From an uncultured delta proteobacterium (GTDB lineage Bacteria > Desulfobacterota > Binatia > UBA9968): DNA of 64,000 nt. Below the pieces are notes generated by a model. The model saw nothing but the letters and a program-made list of their open reading frames with translations, was not told where the DNA came from and made no database searches. A program made the position numbers and the translations under genes. Shown piece by piece: positions 17,478 through 27,852 of this stretch. Within the stretch, counting starts at the first letter, position 1. Every line of letters begins with the position of its first letter. The DNA is taken from positions 371,750 to 435,749 of the forward strand of contig CAWDPO010000043.1 in NCBI GenBank assembly GCA_963804165.1, read 5' to 3'.

Positions 17478-18473
17478 CTACTCGATTCGATACACTCGCG
17501 CCGCCGTGTCATGAAATAGCGACGCGCGCTCGCCCGCAGAATATTTTTCCGTGATCCGTTTGAAACTGTTCCAAAGATTCACGTAGGAGGTGGAAAGCTT
17601 CTCCACTGGAAAGTTGCTTTCGAACATGCAACGACCGGTCCCCAGCTTTTCAATGCACCATTCGAAGTACGGCCCCAAAGCCGCGGCGAGCTCAGCCGAT
17701 GAAGGTTTGACCGCGCGCGCGTGCCAATCATAACCCGAGCGAAGCGAACCGACGCCGCCGAGTTTTACGGAAACGTTTGGACAACTTGCCAAAGCCGCGA
17801 TTCCTCGACTCCAGATTTGGAATACTTCGTCCCGCTGACCCGTGTAAGGTCCAACGCCCAGCGGCGCAGCGATATGGTTGAGAATGATCGTCACCTCCGG
17901 GAAAGCCTGCGCCAGAGCGGCAAGCTCCGGCAGTTGCGGATGATAGAGCCAAGCATCGAAGCTGAGATTGAGCTTACCCAACAGGGCAAAGCCCCGGCGA
18001 AAATTACTATCCGCGAGCAGACCCGGCGGCGCATCGCTTCGCAGCGCGCTGCTGGCATCCCAAATCGTCGAGTGGCGAATGCCGCGAAAATGGTGTGGGC
18101 TTGCCGCCCTATGCGCTTCAAGCACAGCTGCTGCTTTATCTCCCAGCGTTAGGTTGGCATGCCCGACGATGGCAGCCGCGACGCGCGTTTCTATCGCGGC
18201 ATCGGCGGCAACTCGATTGGCCACGCTGTCAAGAAACTCCGTCTCACCGACCGGCTGCAACTCTTCCGGGCCGCCTTTGCGGTAGGAGTAGCGACATTCG
18301 ACCGCGACTGTCGAAACCACGTTGTGACCGCTACGTAAGTCCTGAAGCAACTCGTCAAGCAGATAGTCCCCCGGGGGCCGCTCCCACAAGTGATGATGCG
18401 GATCGCAAATCGGCAGCTCGGGCTCCAAAGCGGCTTCGACGGCTGCTTCACGATCATGAATTTCCATTGCCAT
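17478..18473 (-). CDS. Amidohydrolase_2 family protein
   Basis: ICDPHHHLW, FRGIR, IILNH and CMFESNFPV motifs. Confidence 0.88.
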   Translation of the reverse strand: MAMEIHDREAAVEAALEPELPICDPHHHLWERPPGDYLLDELLQDLRSGHNVVSTVAVECRYSYRKGGPEELQPVGETEFLDSVANRVAADAAIETRVAAAIVGHANLTLGDKAAAVLEAHRAASPHHFRGIRHSTIWDASSALRSDAPPGLLADSNFRRGFALLGKLNLSFDAWLYHPQLPELAALAQAFPEVTIILNHIAAPLGVGPYTGQRDEVFQIWSRGIAALASCPNVSVKLGGVGSLRSGYDWHARAVKPSSAELAAALGPYFEWCIEKLGTGRCMFESNFPVEKLSTSYVNLWNSFKRITEKYSAGERASLFHDTAARVYRIE

Positions 18474-18490
18474 TCGCAGCATCTCCAAAT

Positions 18491-18519
18491 GTAGGGGCGG
18501 GTTTAAAATCTGCCCTACA
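18491..18519. repeat. GTAG-type REP-like palindrome
   Basis: GTAGGGGCGGGTTTAAAATCTGCCCTAC; a related unit lies at about 19995-20021. Confidence 0.55.
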
Positions 18520-18548
18520 GCCACCCATCGGCAGCAATTCCCGCCGTT

Positions 18549-19778
18549 TTAACGAATCCGCCACGCGCGCGGTAAAGCCAGATGCATGCCGAGCATGGTG
18601 AGAACACCGGCGGCGCCCATCAGGGCGACGGCCCATTGTGTGCCGACGATCGCCGCCAGAGATCCGATCGCTATGCTACCGACGGTCATCACGACCTGGC
18701 TCATATGAAAAAGAGCGAGTGCGCGGCCGCGAAATTCCGGCGGCGAATAGGTTTGAATGACGGTCTGCACCAGCGCGTGCGAGCACACGTTGGCGAATCC
18801 GACGATGATCATGAGCGCCATCGACAAATGAAACCACGGCGACCCCGCGAAGGCGACGACACCGGCACCGTACAAAGCAACACCGCCGAGCATGAACAAG
18901 CCCCGTGGCATGCGGTCGCCGAAGGTTGCGATCATCACCGCGCTGCCGAGCGCACCGATGCCCATGGCCGTTAGGAGAAATCCCTGACCGGACGCGCCGA
19001 CGTTGAGAATATCGCGGGCAAATACCGGCAAGAGCGTAGTAAACGGCACGATGAACAGCGAAGCAAACATCACCACAAGCAGCGCGGTGCGCACGGCTTC
19101 GTTCCGCCAACTAAACTTCCAACCTTCGACGATACTCTTGCCGAAGGAAACCGCGTGCCCGTGGTCGCCGCGTCCGCCGGTCGAGGCGCCCTCCGCAGTG
19201 CGCAATTTTAGCGTCCAATAGGTTCCCAGGATATAAAACACGGCCTGAGTACCGAAGGCGCCTCCGGTGCCAAACACGACGATGAGCACACCGGCCAACG
19301 CCGGCCCGGTGCTTCGGGCCACGTTGAAAATAATCGAGTTGAGGCCTACGGCGTTAGTGAGACCTTCCCTTGGCACGACGTCACCGATGATCGCGGCCTT
19401 GGCCGGCTGCTGAAAAGTCTGGACACAGGCCATGGCGAAAGCCGTCACATACACATGCCAGGGTTGGATCTGCCCCGTGAAAATAAGGATCGCAAGTAGC
19501 GCGAACATCGCGCCATCGATGATCTGAGCGACCAAGATCTGCGCCTTGCGCGAATAGCGGTCGGCGGCACTGCCGGCGATCGGCGACAGCAAGAGAATTG
19601 GAATCGCCTGCACGCCGCGCACCAGACCGAGCTGGACTGTGGAATCGGTCAGTTCATAGATCAGCCATCCGCGCGACACCTGGTCCATCCAAAATGCCAT
19701 CGACGTGAAGACATGACCGAACCAAAGCAGACGGTAGTCGCGGTATCGTAAGGCGGCCAAGCCGCGCAGCTGCAACAA
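18549..19778 (-). CDS. MFS transporter
   Basis: ALRYRDYRLLW and GSAADRYSRK motifs, about 12 TM. Confidence 0.9.
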   Translation of the reverse strand: MLQLRGLAALRYRDYRLLWFGHVFTSMAFWMDQVSRGWLIYELTDSTVQLGLVRGVQAIPILLLSPIAGSAADRYSRKAQILVAQIIDGAMFALLAILIFTGQIQPWHVYVTAFAMACVQTFQQPAKAAIIGDVVPREGLTNAVGLNSIIFNVARSTGPALAGVLIVVFGTGGAFGTQAVFYILGTYWTLKLRTAEGASTGGRGDHGHAVSFGKSIVEGWKFSWRNEAVRTALLVVMFASLFIVPFTTLLPVFARDILNVGASGQGFLLTAMGIGALGSAVMIATFGDRMPRGLFMLGGVALYGAGVVAFAGSPWFHLSMALMIIVGFANVCSHALVQTVIQTYSPPEFRGRALALFHMSQVVMTVGSIAIGSLAAIVGTQWAVALMGAAGVLTMLGMHLALPRAWRIR

Positions 19779-20080
19779 CGCGTCGAGCGGCCATGCGCCG
19801 TTCGACGCGGATGGTTGCGTGCCGTCGATCGTTTCGTTTTCCGCGTTCTTTTCAGTGCGGGAAGATCTCAGAGCAAACTCCGAAGCAGAACAAGTGGGTT
19901 TGGATCGATCTTGTCGGCTATAACACGCGCCGACGCGCTGCGTCCAGCCGCAGCGCGTCGAGGGTCATTCGACTAAATGTAACGACGCGGGATTGTCGGG
20001 GCAGACCTCCGTGTCTGCCCTTTCGGATGGCTGATTAGAAGAATCACTCCGGCAGATTCACGCTGGCCGCCAATGACATG

Positions 20081-21088
20081 CTACTTGAACACGCCTTCCT
20101 TTTCGAGTTTGCGCACGATCCGTTCGTCGACGAGATCTTCTGCTTTAAGCTTGCCGAACTTAGGATCGATGCGGCTCAAAATGCGCACCGTGTTGCGCAC
20201 GCCGTCGACGGTCGGAAACATACGCCGGCTGTAAAGCGTGCGCATCGCTTCGTATCCGGCGACGGCGTCATCCATTTGCGGCAGACGCAGCCATTTCATC
20301 AAAATATTGACGACGTTTTGTTTGTTCGTTGCGTCCTGGAAATAGGCGACCGACTTGGCAATGGCCTTGAGCGTCCGTTCGGCGACATCGGGCGACTGGT
20401 CGAGAAAACTCTTGCGCGCGACGATGCCGACGCCTTGATAGGGAATATCGACCTTGGCGAGATCCTGCAAAACTCGGAAGCCGTGGCGCTGCGCGACCTT
20501 ACTGAAGGTATAGCCGAGATAGGCGGCGTCAACGGTGCCGTTGATCAATCCCTGTGTGAGCACCGCCTGATCGCCGACGATGCGAAACTGGATCTTGTCT
20601 CGTTCCGGCACCAGCCCCCAGTAATCGAGTGCCAGCATGGTGAACGTCCAAACGCCGCCGCCGATGCTCTGAATGCCGATAAATTTCCCTTTGAGATCCA
20701 CCGGTGCGCTAATCTTTGACGAGACGACGACGTCGCCGTCGAGCTTATTGACGATGCCCGCGATGAACGCGAGATCGAGACCCGCGGCCATGGCGCCGAG
20801 GCTCGCGCCGGTCGCGGACACGCTGTAGAACTGCGCCTCGTTGGCTGCCAGCGCCGAGACTGCAACTTGTCCGTTTCGCACCTGGACGATTTGCGCGTCG
20901 ATGCCCTGCTCCTCGAAGAAGCGCATGTCTTTGGCGACGAAAATGTAACCGGTGCGCTCGTTGAAGCCGGCGAACACAAAGGCGACTTTCTGCGGCGGCG
21001 CTGCCGCGCCAACGATGGCCGCATGGAATGCGCCGGCTGTGAAAATTATCGTGCCGAGCAATCGGCATATGAATCGCCGTCTAAACAT
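20081..21088 (-). CDS. NMT1/SsuA-like ABC substrate-binding protein
   Basis: FFEEQGIDAQ and VDLKGKFIG motifs, signal peptide. Confidence 0.85.
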   Translation of the reverse strand: MFRRRFICRLLGTIIFTAGAFHAAIVGAAAPPQKVAFVFAGFNERTGYIFVAKDMRFFEEQGIDAQIVQVRNGQVAVSALAANEAQFYSVSATGASLGAMAAGLDLAFIAGIVNKLDGDVVVSSKISAPVDLKGKFIGIQSIGGGVWTFTMLALDYWGLVPERDKIQFRIVGDQAVLTQGLINGTVDAAYLGYTFSKVAQRHGFRVLQDLAKVDIPYQGVGIVARKSFLDQSPDVAERTLKAIAKSVAYFQDATNKQNVVNILMKWLRLPQMDDAVAGYEAMRTLYSRRMFPTVDGVRNTVRILSRIDPKFGKLKAEDLVDERIVRKLEKEGVFK

Positions 21089-21175
21089 GACGAGTCTATT
21101 CCCCGGAGCGGCAACAGCGGGTCTACCCATTCCTCCAACACTCCATCACTCCAAATCTTCGAAGTACTTGTTTCC

Positions 21176-22516
21176 TCACCGTATCTCCCGCGCCCGGGGC
21201 GCCGCGACATAAATGACGACCATGAACAACGTCCCGACGATGCTCATCGACGCCGCCGCCCACGGCGCGCCGAAGAGCGCCGAAAGCGCGCCCACCAACA
21301 TGCCGCCGAGCAATAGCACGACATGGGTCATATGAAAGATCGCCATCGTTCGACCGCGGAACTCGCGTGGCGAATAGGTTTGAATAATGGTTTGCACGAG
21401 CGCATGGGAGCTGACATGACAAAGACCGATAAGCGCCATCAGCGCCATTGATAGCGGAAACCACGGCGACGCGGAAAACATCACCACGAGCACGCCGTAG
21501 AACGCGACCCCGCCGACCATGAGCAAACCACGCGGCATGCGGTCGCCGATCGACGCGATCAGAAAGGAACTGCAAAGCGCGCCGATACCCATGGACGTCA
21601 AAAGCAGCCCCTGTCCCTGTGCCCCGACCTGCAGCAGATCCCGCGCGAAAACCGGCAGCAGCGTTGAAAACGGAATCATGAATAGAGACGCGATGATGAC
21701 CACGAGGATCCCCGTGCGCACCACCTCGTTGTGCCAGCTGAACTTCCACCCCTCGATGATACTTTGCCCGAAAGACTCCTCGTGGGCGCCGGGGCCTTGC
21801 GAGTGAGACGAAACATGGTGGCTGGAGCTCATCTGCATCGTCCACACCGTCGCCAATAAGAAAAATACTGCTTGCACCGCATAGGAAAGTCCGGTGCCAA
21901 ACAGCGCTATCAACAATCCGGCCAAGGCCGGACCGGTGCTGCGGGCCATGTTGAAGACCACCGCATTCAGGCCGATCGCATTGGTCAGATTTTTTTGCGG
22001 CACCGTGTCCGAGATCATTGCGGCGCGCGATGGCTGTAAGAACACTTGCACGCAAGCCATCAAAAAAGCCGTCACGTAAACATGCCACGGCTTGATGAGC
22101 GCGGCGAAAATCAGCACCGCGGTCACAGCATACAAAAATCCGTTCGCGAATTGCGCGCCGACGACCTGAAACTTGCGGGAATAGCGGTCGGCGGTGCTGC
22201 CGGCGATCGGCGAGAGCAGGAGAAAAGGGATCGCTTGAATGCCGCGCACCAAACCAAGCTGCAGCGCCGAATCGGTGAGTTCATAGATCAACCAGCCACG
22301 GGTTACCTGATCCATCCAGGTGCCCATCGATGAGAAGACCTGACCATACCAGAGTAAGCGGTATTCCCGGTGGCGCAACGCGTCAAAGGCGCGCAGGCGC
22401 ACTAAGAGTTCAATAGGATACCAGAGCTTGTCATCTGCCGTTGCTTCGACACTGTCGTCGGCAGGGGTTTCTATTTTCTCCGGTTTGGCAGAGCTAGGGC
22501 GCAGAATAATCTCCAA
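21176..22516 (-). CDS. MFS transporter (paralog of 18549..19778)
   Basis: ALRHREYRLLW and GSTADRYSRK motifs. Confidence 0.9.
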   Translation of the reverse strand: MEIILRPSSAKPEKIETPADDSVEATADDKLWYPIELLVRLRAFDALRHREYRLLWYGQVFSSMGTWMDQVTRGWLIYELTDSALQLGLVRGIQAIPFLLLSPIAGSTADRYSRKFQVVGAQFANGFLYAVTAVLIFAALIKPWHVYVTAFLMACVQVFLQPSRAAMISDTVPQKNLTNAIGLNAVVFNMARSTGPALAGLLIALFGTGLSYAVQAVFFLLATVWTMQMSSSHHVSSHSQGPGAHEESFGQSIIEGWKFSWHNEVVRTGILVVIIASLFMIPFSTLLPVFARDLLQVGAQGQGLLLTSMGIGALCSSFLIASIGDRMPRGLLMVGGVAFYGVLVVMFSASPWFPLSMALMALIGLCHVSSHALVQTIIQTYSPREFRGRTMAIFHMTHVVLLLGGMLVGALSALFGAPWAAASMSIVGTLFMVVIYVAAPRAREIR

Positions 22517-22549
22517 TATTGACGCGAGTAGACGACCATTCTCGTTGAT

Positions 22550-22718
22550 CTAGTGTCCTGACCCAGAAGTTCGACGAATGAGTTGATCACGCCTAGCCGT
22601 CATACCGGCGAAATCCAGATGCTTTTGAAATTCCTGGATTCCGGGTCGCGCTAGCTACCGCCAGCTTGTCCGGAATGACGATCGAATTATATCGCGAATT
22701 TCTGAGTCACCACACCAG
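22550..22718. mobile_element. MITE family B, copy with GTCATACCGG..CCGGAATGAC REP cargo
   Basis: Ends CTAGTGTCCTGACCCAGAAGTTCG / CGAATTTCTGAGTCACCACACCAG. Confidence 0.65.
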
Positions 22719-22863
22719 CAGGCTGCTGAAAAAAGGTTTCGGAATGCTTCGCCACCTCATGCTTCGACACACTCAGCAGAACGGAAAATCATCAACGATT
22801 TCAAATCCACTCCGTTCGTCCTGAGCCACGTCGAAGGACTGCGAGAGGGTTTTCAGTAGCCTG
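22719..22863. mobile_element. MITE family A, copy 2
   Basis: CAGGCTGCTGAAAA / TTTTCAGTAGCCTG ends; CTTCGAC..CTCAG / CTGAG..GTCGAAG interior. Confidence 0.65.
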
Positions 22864-22958
22864 TTAAAGCCGCGGCATAAGATACTTCTTGGCTATAGCA
22901 CGCGCTCAGGCTGACCGTCCAGTGAAGCGGTGGATGGCAAGAGCCATCGCGTGCGTAA

Positions 22959-23603
22959 CTAATTGGATTCGTCCGTCGTGTCGGTGGGAGATTTTCCGAT
23001 TTGACGCGCCAAACGATAGGCCATCAATCCCAAAAGTAGAACGCCGAAAATCAAGCTTCCCCAAAGCGCCCATTTTTTGTAATCCGCCTGGGCGCGCAGA
23101 CGCGCGGCGCCTGCCAACGTAACCTGCTCGCCCAGCGAGGCAGCGTTGACCTTGAATTCCGCATCAGTTTTGTAACCGGGAATCAAGGAATCGATCGGAA
23201 AGACGGATGGCTTTGCAGTACTGCTGCCGTAAGCAAGTTGAAACGGACCCGTGCCACGCGCCGCAAACACCAATTTCTGTGGCAGCCAGCCAATTTGAAG
23301 AATCGGCACACCGTCGCCGACGCCGCCGCCTATTTGATCGACTCGCAGCAACCAATAGCGTTCACCCATGTTCGTCAGCATGATCTCCGGACTTCTCACT
23401 TCGGTCTCATTGCGGCGCAAGCGATAGGCCGTCGCGCGTGTCTGGAGCCGCCATGGCTCGTCGTTTTTGGCGCGCGAGAGAATTTGCAGCCGCACCAGAC
23501 TATTCAATTGCGGCAGGTCGACGCGCAAACGGTCGAAGGAGCCGATGATCGTGCCGCTTCCGCCGCCGATGAATCCGCCGATGATTAAACCGAGGAACCA
23601 CAC
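22959..23603 (-). pseudogene. DUF3999-like C-terminal half fused to a DUF2339-like N-terminal leader
   Basis: MWFLGLIIGGFIG start joined to FDRLRVDLPQ...LVFAARGTGPFQLAYGS...WALWGSL..GVLLLGLMAYRL. Confidence 0.55.
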
Positions 23604-23812
23604 CGATCACCTCCACATTCCGTCGCCACGAAAGCCAACTCGACGCATTGAACGCGCTCTGATGGCGCCCCGAGGACAGAATAGCAGAGATCGATCTTGA
23701 ACGGGTACTCAATTATCGAGCGGAAACCTCGGGCACTGAGGAATACAAAATGGCGGGATAGAAACTCTCGGGCCATCAGAAGAGCAAAGATGGATCCAAA
23801 GGAATCTGTGAG

Positions 23813-24451
23813 TCAATTCAAAGTCACGTATTTTTCCAAACGCGCAACTTCTTTTTTGTCGACGTACTTGCCGATCTCTTTGCGGAACTGTTCGATGTTG
23901 GTGTAGGGGCGATATTCTTTAAATTCGCGCAGCATGCGCTTGCCCGTACCGGGAATACTGAGGATGTCTTCATCGCTGGCGCTGTTCAGGTGGATCGGCA
24001 CGAAAACGTATTGCTCGAGGCGTGCGACTTCTTTTTGATCGACGTATTTGCCGATCTCTTTGCGGAACTGCGTGATCGTCTTATACGGGCGATATTCCTG
24101 AAACTCGCGTAACATCCGATTGCCCACGCCGGGTATCAATAAGATCTCATTCGGCGCCGCAGTGTTGAGATTGATCTGCACGAACATCTTGCCGTAAAGC
24201 TCGGCCACCTGCTCTTTGCTCAGCGTCTTGGACAACAGCGCGTTCAGTTCGGTCATGCTCAAGAACGGCCGCTGTTCCATGATGCCTTTAGCGAGTGCCG
24301 CGGTCATGTGCGGCAGCGCCAGCAATTCCTTTTCGCTCGTCAGATCGGGATTCACCAGTTGTGATTGGCCCGCTTGGCTGTGACCAGCATCCGGCACGGC
24401 GATGAGCGCCACTAGCGCGCAGGCGAATACGATACTATTGATCCGGTTCAT
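23813..24451 (-). CDS. Exported helix-hairpin-helix repeat protein (ComEA-like)
   Basis: Signal peptide; INLNTAA..EILLIPGVG unit repeated, with REF.EYRPY..I.QFRKEIGKYVD.KEVARLE.YV twice. Confidence 0.75.
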   Translation of the reverse strand: MNRINSIVFACALVALIAVPDAGHSQAGQSQLVNPDLTSEKELLALPHMTAALAKGIMEQRPFLSMTELNALLSKTLSKEQVAELYGKMFVQINLNTAAPNEILLIPGVGNRMLREFQEYRPYKTITQFRKEIGKYVDQKEVARLEQYVFVPIHLNSASDEDILSIPGTGKRMLREFKEYRPYTNIEQFRKEIGKYVDKKEVARLEKYVTLN

Positions 24452-24452
24452 C

Positions 24453-24914
24453 TCACTCTCCTTTTTTCTTGGCGCCGTTGAGCGCCGGATGCTTAAAAGT
24501 GTAAGTCCAGCCGATCAATCCCAACTGCATCATCGCGGCGGGAGCAAGCAACGGCGGCGCCTTCCCCTTGACCGCCGCCCAGAATAAGGGCCAACCGCGG
24601 AGCGAAGGGTTGGATTCCAATTTGAACTCGGCGCTGCCCTGATAGTGAAAATATACTCCCGCGAAGCCGCTGGCAATGAAGCCGATGAAGATCGCCCGTA
24701 AAACTCGGACGTTTCGCGCCGTTGAATGAAACGCATGCCACCCGGACGCCAGTAAACCGAGCGCGATCAAAATTAACGGAATCCATTGGCGCCAGTCTTC
24801 CATGTGGTCGAGCAGAATCAATTCCGTGCCGCTGCCGAGCATGCCGATCAGGAGAATCGAAAACAGAGCGAGGCGAATCAATGTGATGGGCGTTGTCGCT
24901 TCCGAAAGGTTCAT
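24453..24914 (-). CDS. Four-TM hypothetical membrane protein
   Basis: Hydrophobic ORF directly upstream of the HhH gene; ELILLDH, YFHYQG and PLLAP motifs. Confidence 0.7.
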   Translation of the reverse strand: MNLSEATTPITLIRLALFSILLIGMLGSGTELILLDHMEDWRQWIPLILIALGLLASGWHAFHSTARNVRVLRAIFIGFIASGFAGVYFHYQGSAEFKLESNPSLRGWPLFWAAVKGKAPPLLAPAAMMQLGLIGWTYTFKHPALNGAKKKGE

Positions 24915-25260
24915 TTCGACAGCTCGGACGGGGCTCTCGATCGCCGGTGCAGTGTAGGGACGTTCAAGAGGATTCTCTCCGCAGTCACGATCTTTTTAAC
25001 TCAGGAATGACTCTTTTCAAAGCGGCGCTAGAGAAAAATTACCGCCTCGACAGGTCAATCTTCAGGGAACCATTAGGCGTGAAAGGAGTGGAGAGAAGCG
25101 GCACGACTTCCGCTAGCGGTACTGGACCCCGTGCAACAAGGTAATACCGCTAACAAAATTTCGGCAGCGTGAGATTGCGACTGGTGTAACTATAATTTTG
25201 ACAGGGAACCGACTTCCGGCGGATAACGATCAACTCTCGAGGCCCGCGATGACGTGGAAC

Positions 25261-25818
25261 TTAATTCGAGCGCTCCGTCGATTCCGCGTCGGACTCCATC
25301 AAATCTGTTTCCGGCCTGCGGCTCTTGTACATATGGACGCTGTAATCATAAACGTTCGGCGACGGATGCACCTCGCGAATTTCAACGCCCGTTGAAGTCT
25401 GATAGTGAATGACGATGGACGGGATGGCGTTCGGTTCCGCGTTTCGATCCAGCTGCAAGAGCAGACCGCGCTTGGCATCGATCACTGCGCCTACGGCGCG
25501 CAGACACTGGGATAAACTAAAGAAGTCCGGCAGCTTGTTTCCCATGTCCCGCTTTGCCCGTCCCTGTTCATCCAATCGCTCAATCGCTTCCACATTGTAT
25601 GCAAGTTCCGCCGGGCCGGCCGAGTCTGTATTTCGGTGACCCGCTCTTTTTCCCACGGAGCCGCGCGAGAGGTTGTTATCCATCGAGCCGCGCAAAGCGC
25701 GCACGAGATAGCCCTCGTTGGATGATGTCAGATTGAATTGAGTGATCCCCTGGGCTTCGAGGTCTTGTCCAATCGCGCGAAGAGATCTGGCATGAAAGGT
25801 TGGCTCAAACATAACCAC
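25261..25818 (-). CDS. Hypothetical protein with an internal LRA(I/V)G..(L/I)(E/D)A repeat
   Basis: 185-aa ORF with SLRAIGQDLEA / CLRAVGAVIDA duplication; GAGGTG RBS before ATG 25812. Confidence 0.65.
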   Translation of the reverse strand: MVMFEPTFHARSLRAIGQDLEAQGITQFNLTSSNEGYLVRALRGSMDNNLSRGSVGKRAGHRNTDSAGPAELAYNVEAIERLDEQGRAKRDMGNKLPDFFSLSQCLRAVGAVIDAKRGLLLQLDRNAEPNAIPSIVIHYQTSTGVEIREVHPSPNVYDYSVHMYKSRRPETDLMESDAESTERSN

Positions 25819-26120
25819 CTCGTGAGTCTTAACGACTCGATTCGCGACCCGTAACCCTCAGGGTCAAAACACATTTTTAGGACTACCCCTTCCAATCGGC
25901 CATCCGCACGCAATCTTTAGCGCTTCAGGCTCAGGGCTTAGGTTTTGCCTGAAGAGCAAGCGCCCTTGAACGATCTGGCGCTAAAGTTTCCCTTTAAGAA
26001 CACCGGGAACTCATGCAGTTTCCGGTATAGTCGTAATCAAAAGCTTTGGGCCGATCCCCCCACGCGATCGTTATTATACTGCCCGGTTTTAGACCTGTAA
26101 ACGAATATCTAAAACAGCAC

Positions 26121-26326
26121 CTAGTGTCCTGTCTCAGAAGTTCGCGACATAATTCTCGCGTCATTCCGTAGGAAAATCTCCCCTTCCCCTCTTTGGCAAA
26201 GAGGGGTGACAATCGCACGGAGAGAATTCCCCCTTTGAAAAAGGGGAACAAAGGGGGATTTGAGTTCAACTTCAGTGGCTGCCATCGTTTGGACTTTTTA
26301 AACGAACTTCTGAGACGCCACACTAG
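26121..26326. mobile_element. MITE family B, complete copy
   Basis: 24-bp TIRs (21/24 match), both ending in CTAG; interior CCCCTCTTT..AAAGAGGGG and CCCCCTTT..AAAGGGG hairpins. Confidence 0.75.
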
Positions 26327-26484
26327 CGACTCGATTTTGTGAGGCAGACCGTGATCGACATCACCCACACCCATCCGTTTAGAATCCAACCCAAGCCAGG
26401 ATTCGTTGTCTCGGCAAAGAAAATTTTTTATGTTAGCCTCCATGCATCGGCAGCAATCCACGGTCGGTCCGTATCGGCTCCCAC

Positions 26485-27663
26485 ATGAGGATTGCGCGCC
26501 GCCATTGTCAGGGAGACTTCATGGCGACTTTGTATAGTGACGCACGTCCGTTCCGCTATCGTATCGATCGTTGGATTCGCCAACTCGCCATGCGAGTCAT
26601 TGGTTGGTGTGTGCACGAAAAGGACGAGGTTATCTCCGATCCCTATTGTTCGACGATAAAAAAAATCCTCATGGTCCGGGCTAATTTCCGCATGGGTAAT
26701 GCGCTGCTTGCGTTGCCCGCGGTGGCCGGGTTTCGCAATCGCTTTCCTGACGCTCAAATCGACTTCGTCGGATCGCCCGTGTCAAATGTGCTTTTTCAAT
26801 TTCAACCTTTGAACCACCATTTTGTCGCGCCCCGCAGATTTCCCTGGGTGCTTTGGCAATATCCGCGTCTGATTCGAGAGCTTCGAGCCAATCAGTATGA
26901 CCTGGCCGTCGACGTCAGCTGTTCGCACTCTGGTCTCGGCTCTTTTATCGTGGGATGTTCCGGCGCACGGATCCGCGCCGGATTATTCGGCAAATGGGAC
27001 TATTTCTTCGACCTGAAAATTCCGAAATTGCGCGCGGAAAACAAGTATCGCAAACTGACCGAATTCTTTGCCGCCCTGCGCCTCGACGCGGGTCAATCCG
27101 TGGGAGCGATAAAGTTTTCCGCCGCTGAAAGGACCGACGGCTTGAGCAACCTCGAATCCTATTTGAGCGGGAAGAACGGCAAGAGAGTCGGCGTATTCGT
27201 CGGCGGCCGCAAGCTCCGCGGTAAACGCTGGCCAGTGGAGAATTTCGTCGATCTTATCCACGGACTCTATCGGCGGGGATTTAGCGTCCTCACCTTTCTC
27301 GGCCCGGAAGAAAATGACATCGTCGATCTGCTCAGAGTTTCCCTCGGTCCAAAAATCCCACTGATCCACGAGCCCTCGGTAAGAAAATTCGCTGCGATGA
27401 TTTCGCATCTTGATCTACTGATCTGTTGCGACTCCGGTCCGATGCATCTCTCTTGTTCCGTCGGCGTGCCCGTTCTGGCGATTTTCCAAGAGCGCGACGT
27501 GGCGCGATGGGCGCCGCCGCCGGCCGCCGCGCGGACGATTTACGACGCAGCTGAGGTCGGTGTAGCGGAAGTATTGGATGCCGCTCTCATGGAATTGTCG
27601 GAAAGCAGATTGACCGCAGAATTTCCAACCGCAGCGGAGACCAAGACAGCCATCGGCAGATAA
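26485..27663 (+). CDS. Glycosyltransferase family 9 (heptosyltransferase-like)
   Basis: KILMVR...MGNALLALP, KRWPVENF and CCDSGPMHL motifs; true start probably 26521 or later. Confidence 0.88.
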   Translation: MRIARRHCQGDFMATLYSDARPFRYRIDRWIRQLAMRVIGWCVHEKDEVISDPYCSTIKKILMVRANFRMGNALLALPAVAGFRNRFPDAQIDFVGSPVSNVLFQFQPLNHHFVAPRRFPWVLWQYPRLIRELRANQYDLAVDVSCSHSGLGSFIVGCSGARIRAGLFGKWDYFFDLKIPKLRAENKYRKLTEFFAALRLDAGQSVGAIKFSAAERTDGLSNLESYLSGKNGKRVGVFVGGRKLRGKRWPVENFVDLIHGLYRRGFSVLTFLGPEENDIVDLLRVSLGPKIPLIHEPSVRKFAAMISHLDLLICCDSGPMHLSCSVGVPVLAIFQERDVARWAPPPAAARTIYDAAEVGVAEVLDAALMELSESRLTAEFPTAAETKTAIGR

Positions 27664-27852
27664 ATCGGTCGCGGTTGCAGCGCCGAATTATTTTGCATTT
27701 TCCCATCCATCGGAAGTTTTCAAGGCGGATTTCTCTGAATTGAGAATCATCCTGAGAGGATGCTCCCAAGACTGCTCTGTTTTCGTGTGTATGCGATTGG
27801 CGCGCCGATTGCTCATTGGATGACTCAAGTAGATTTTGTTGGGAGGAACGGC

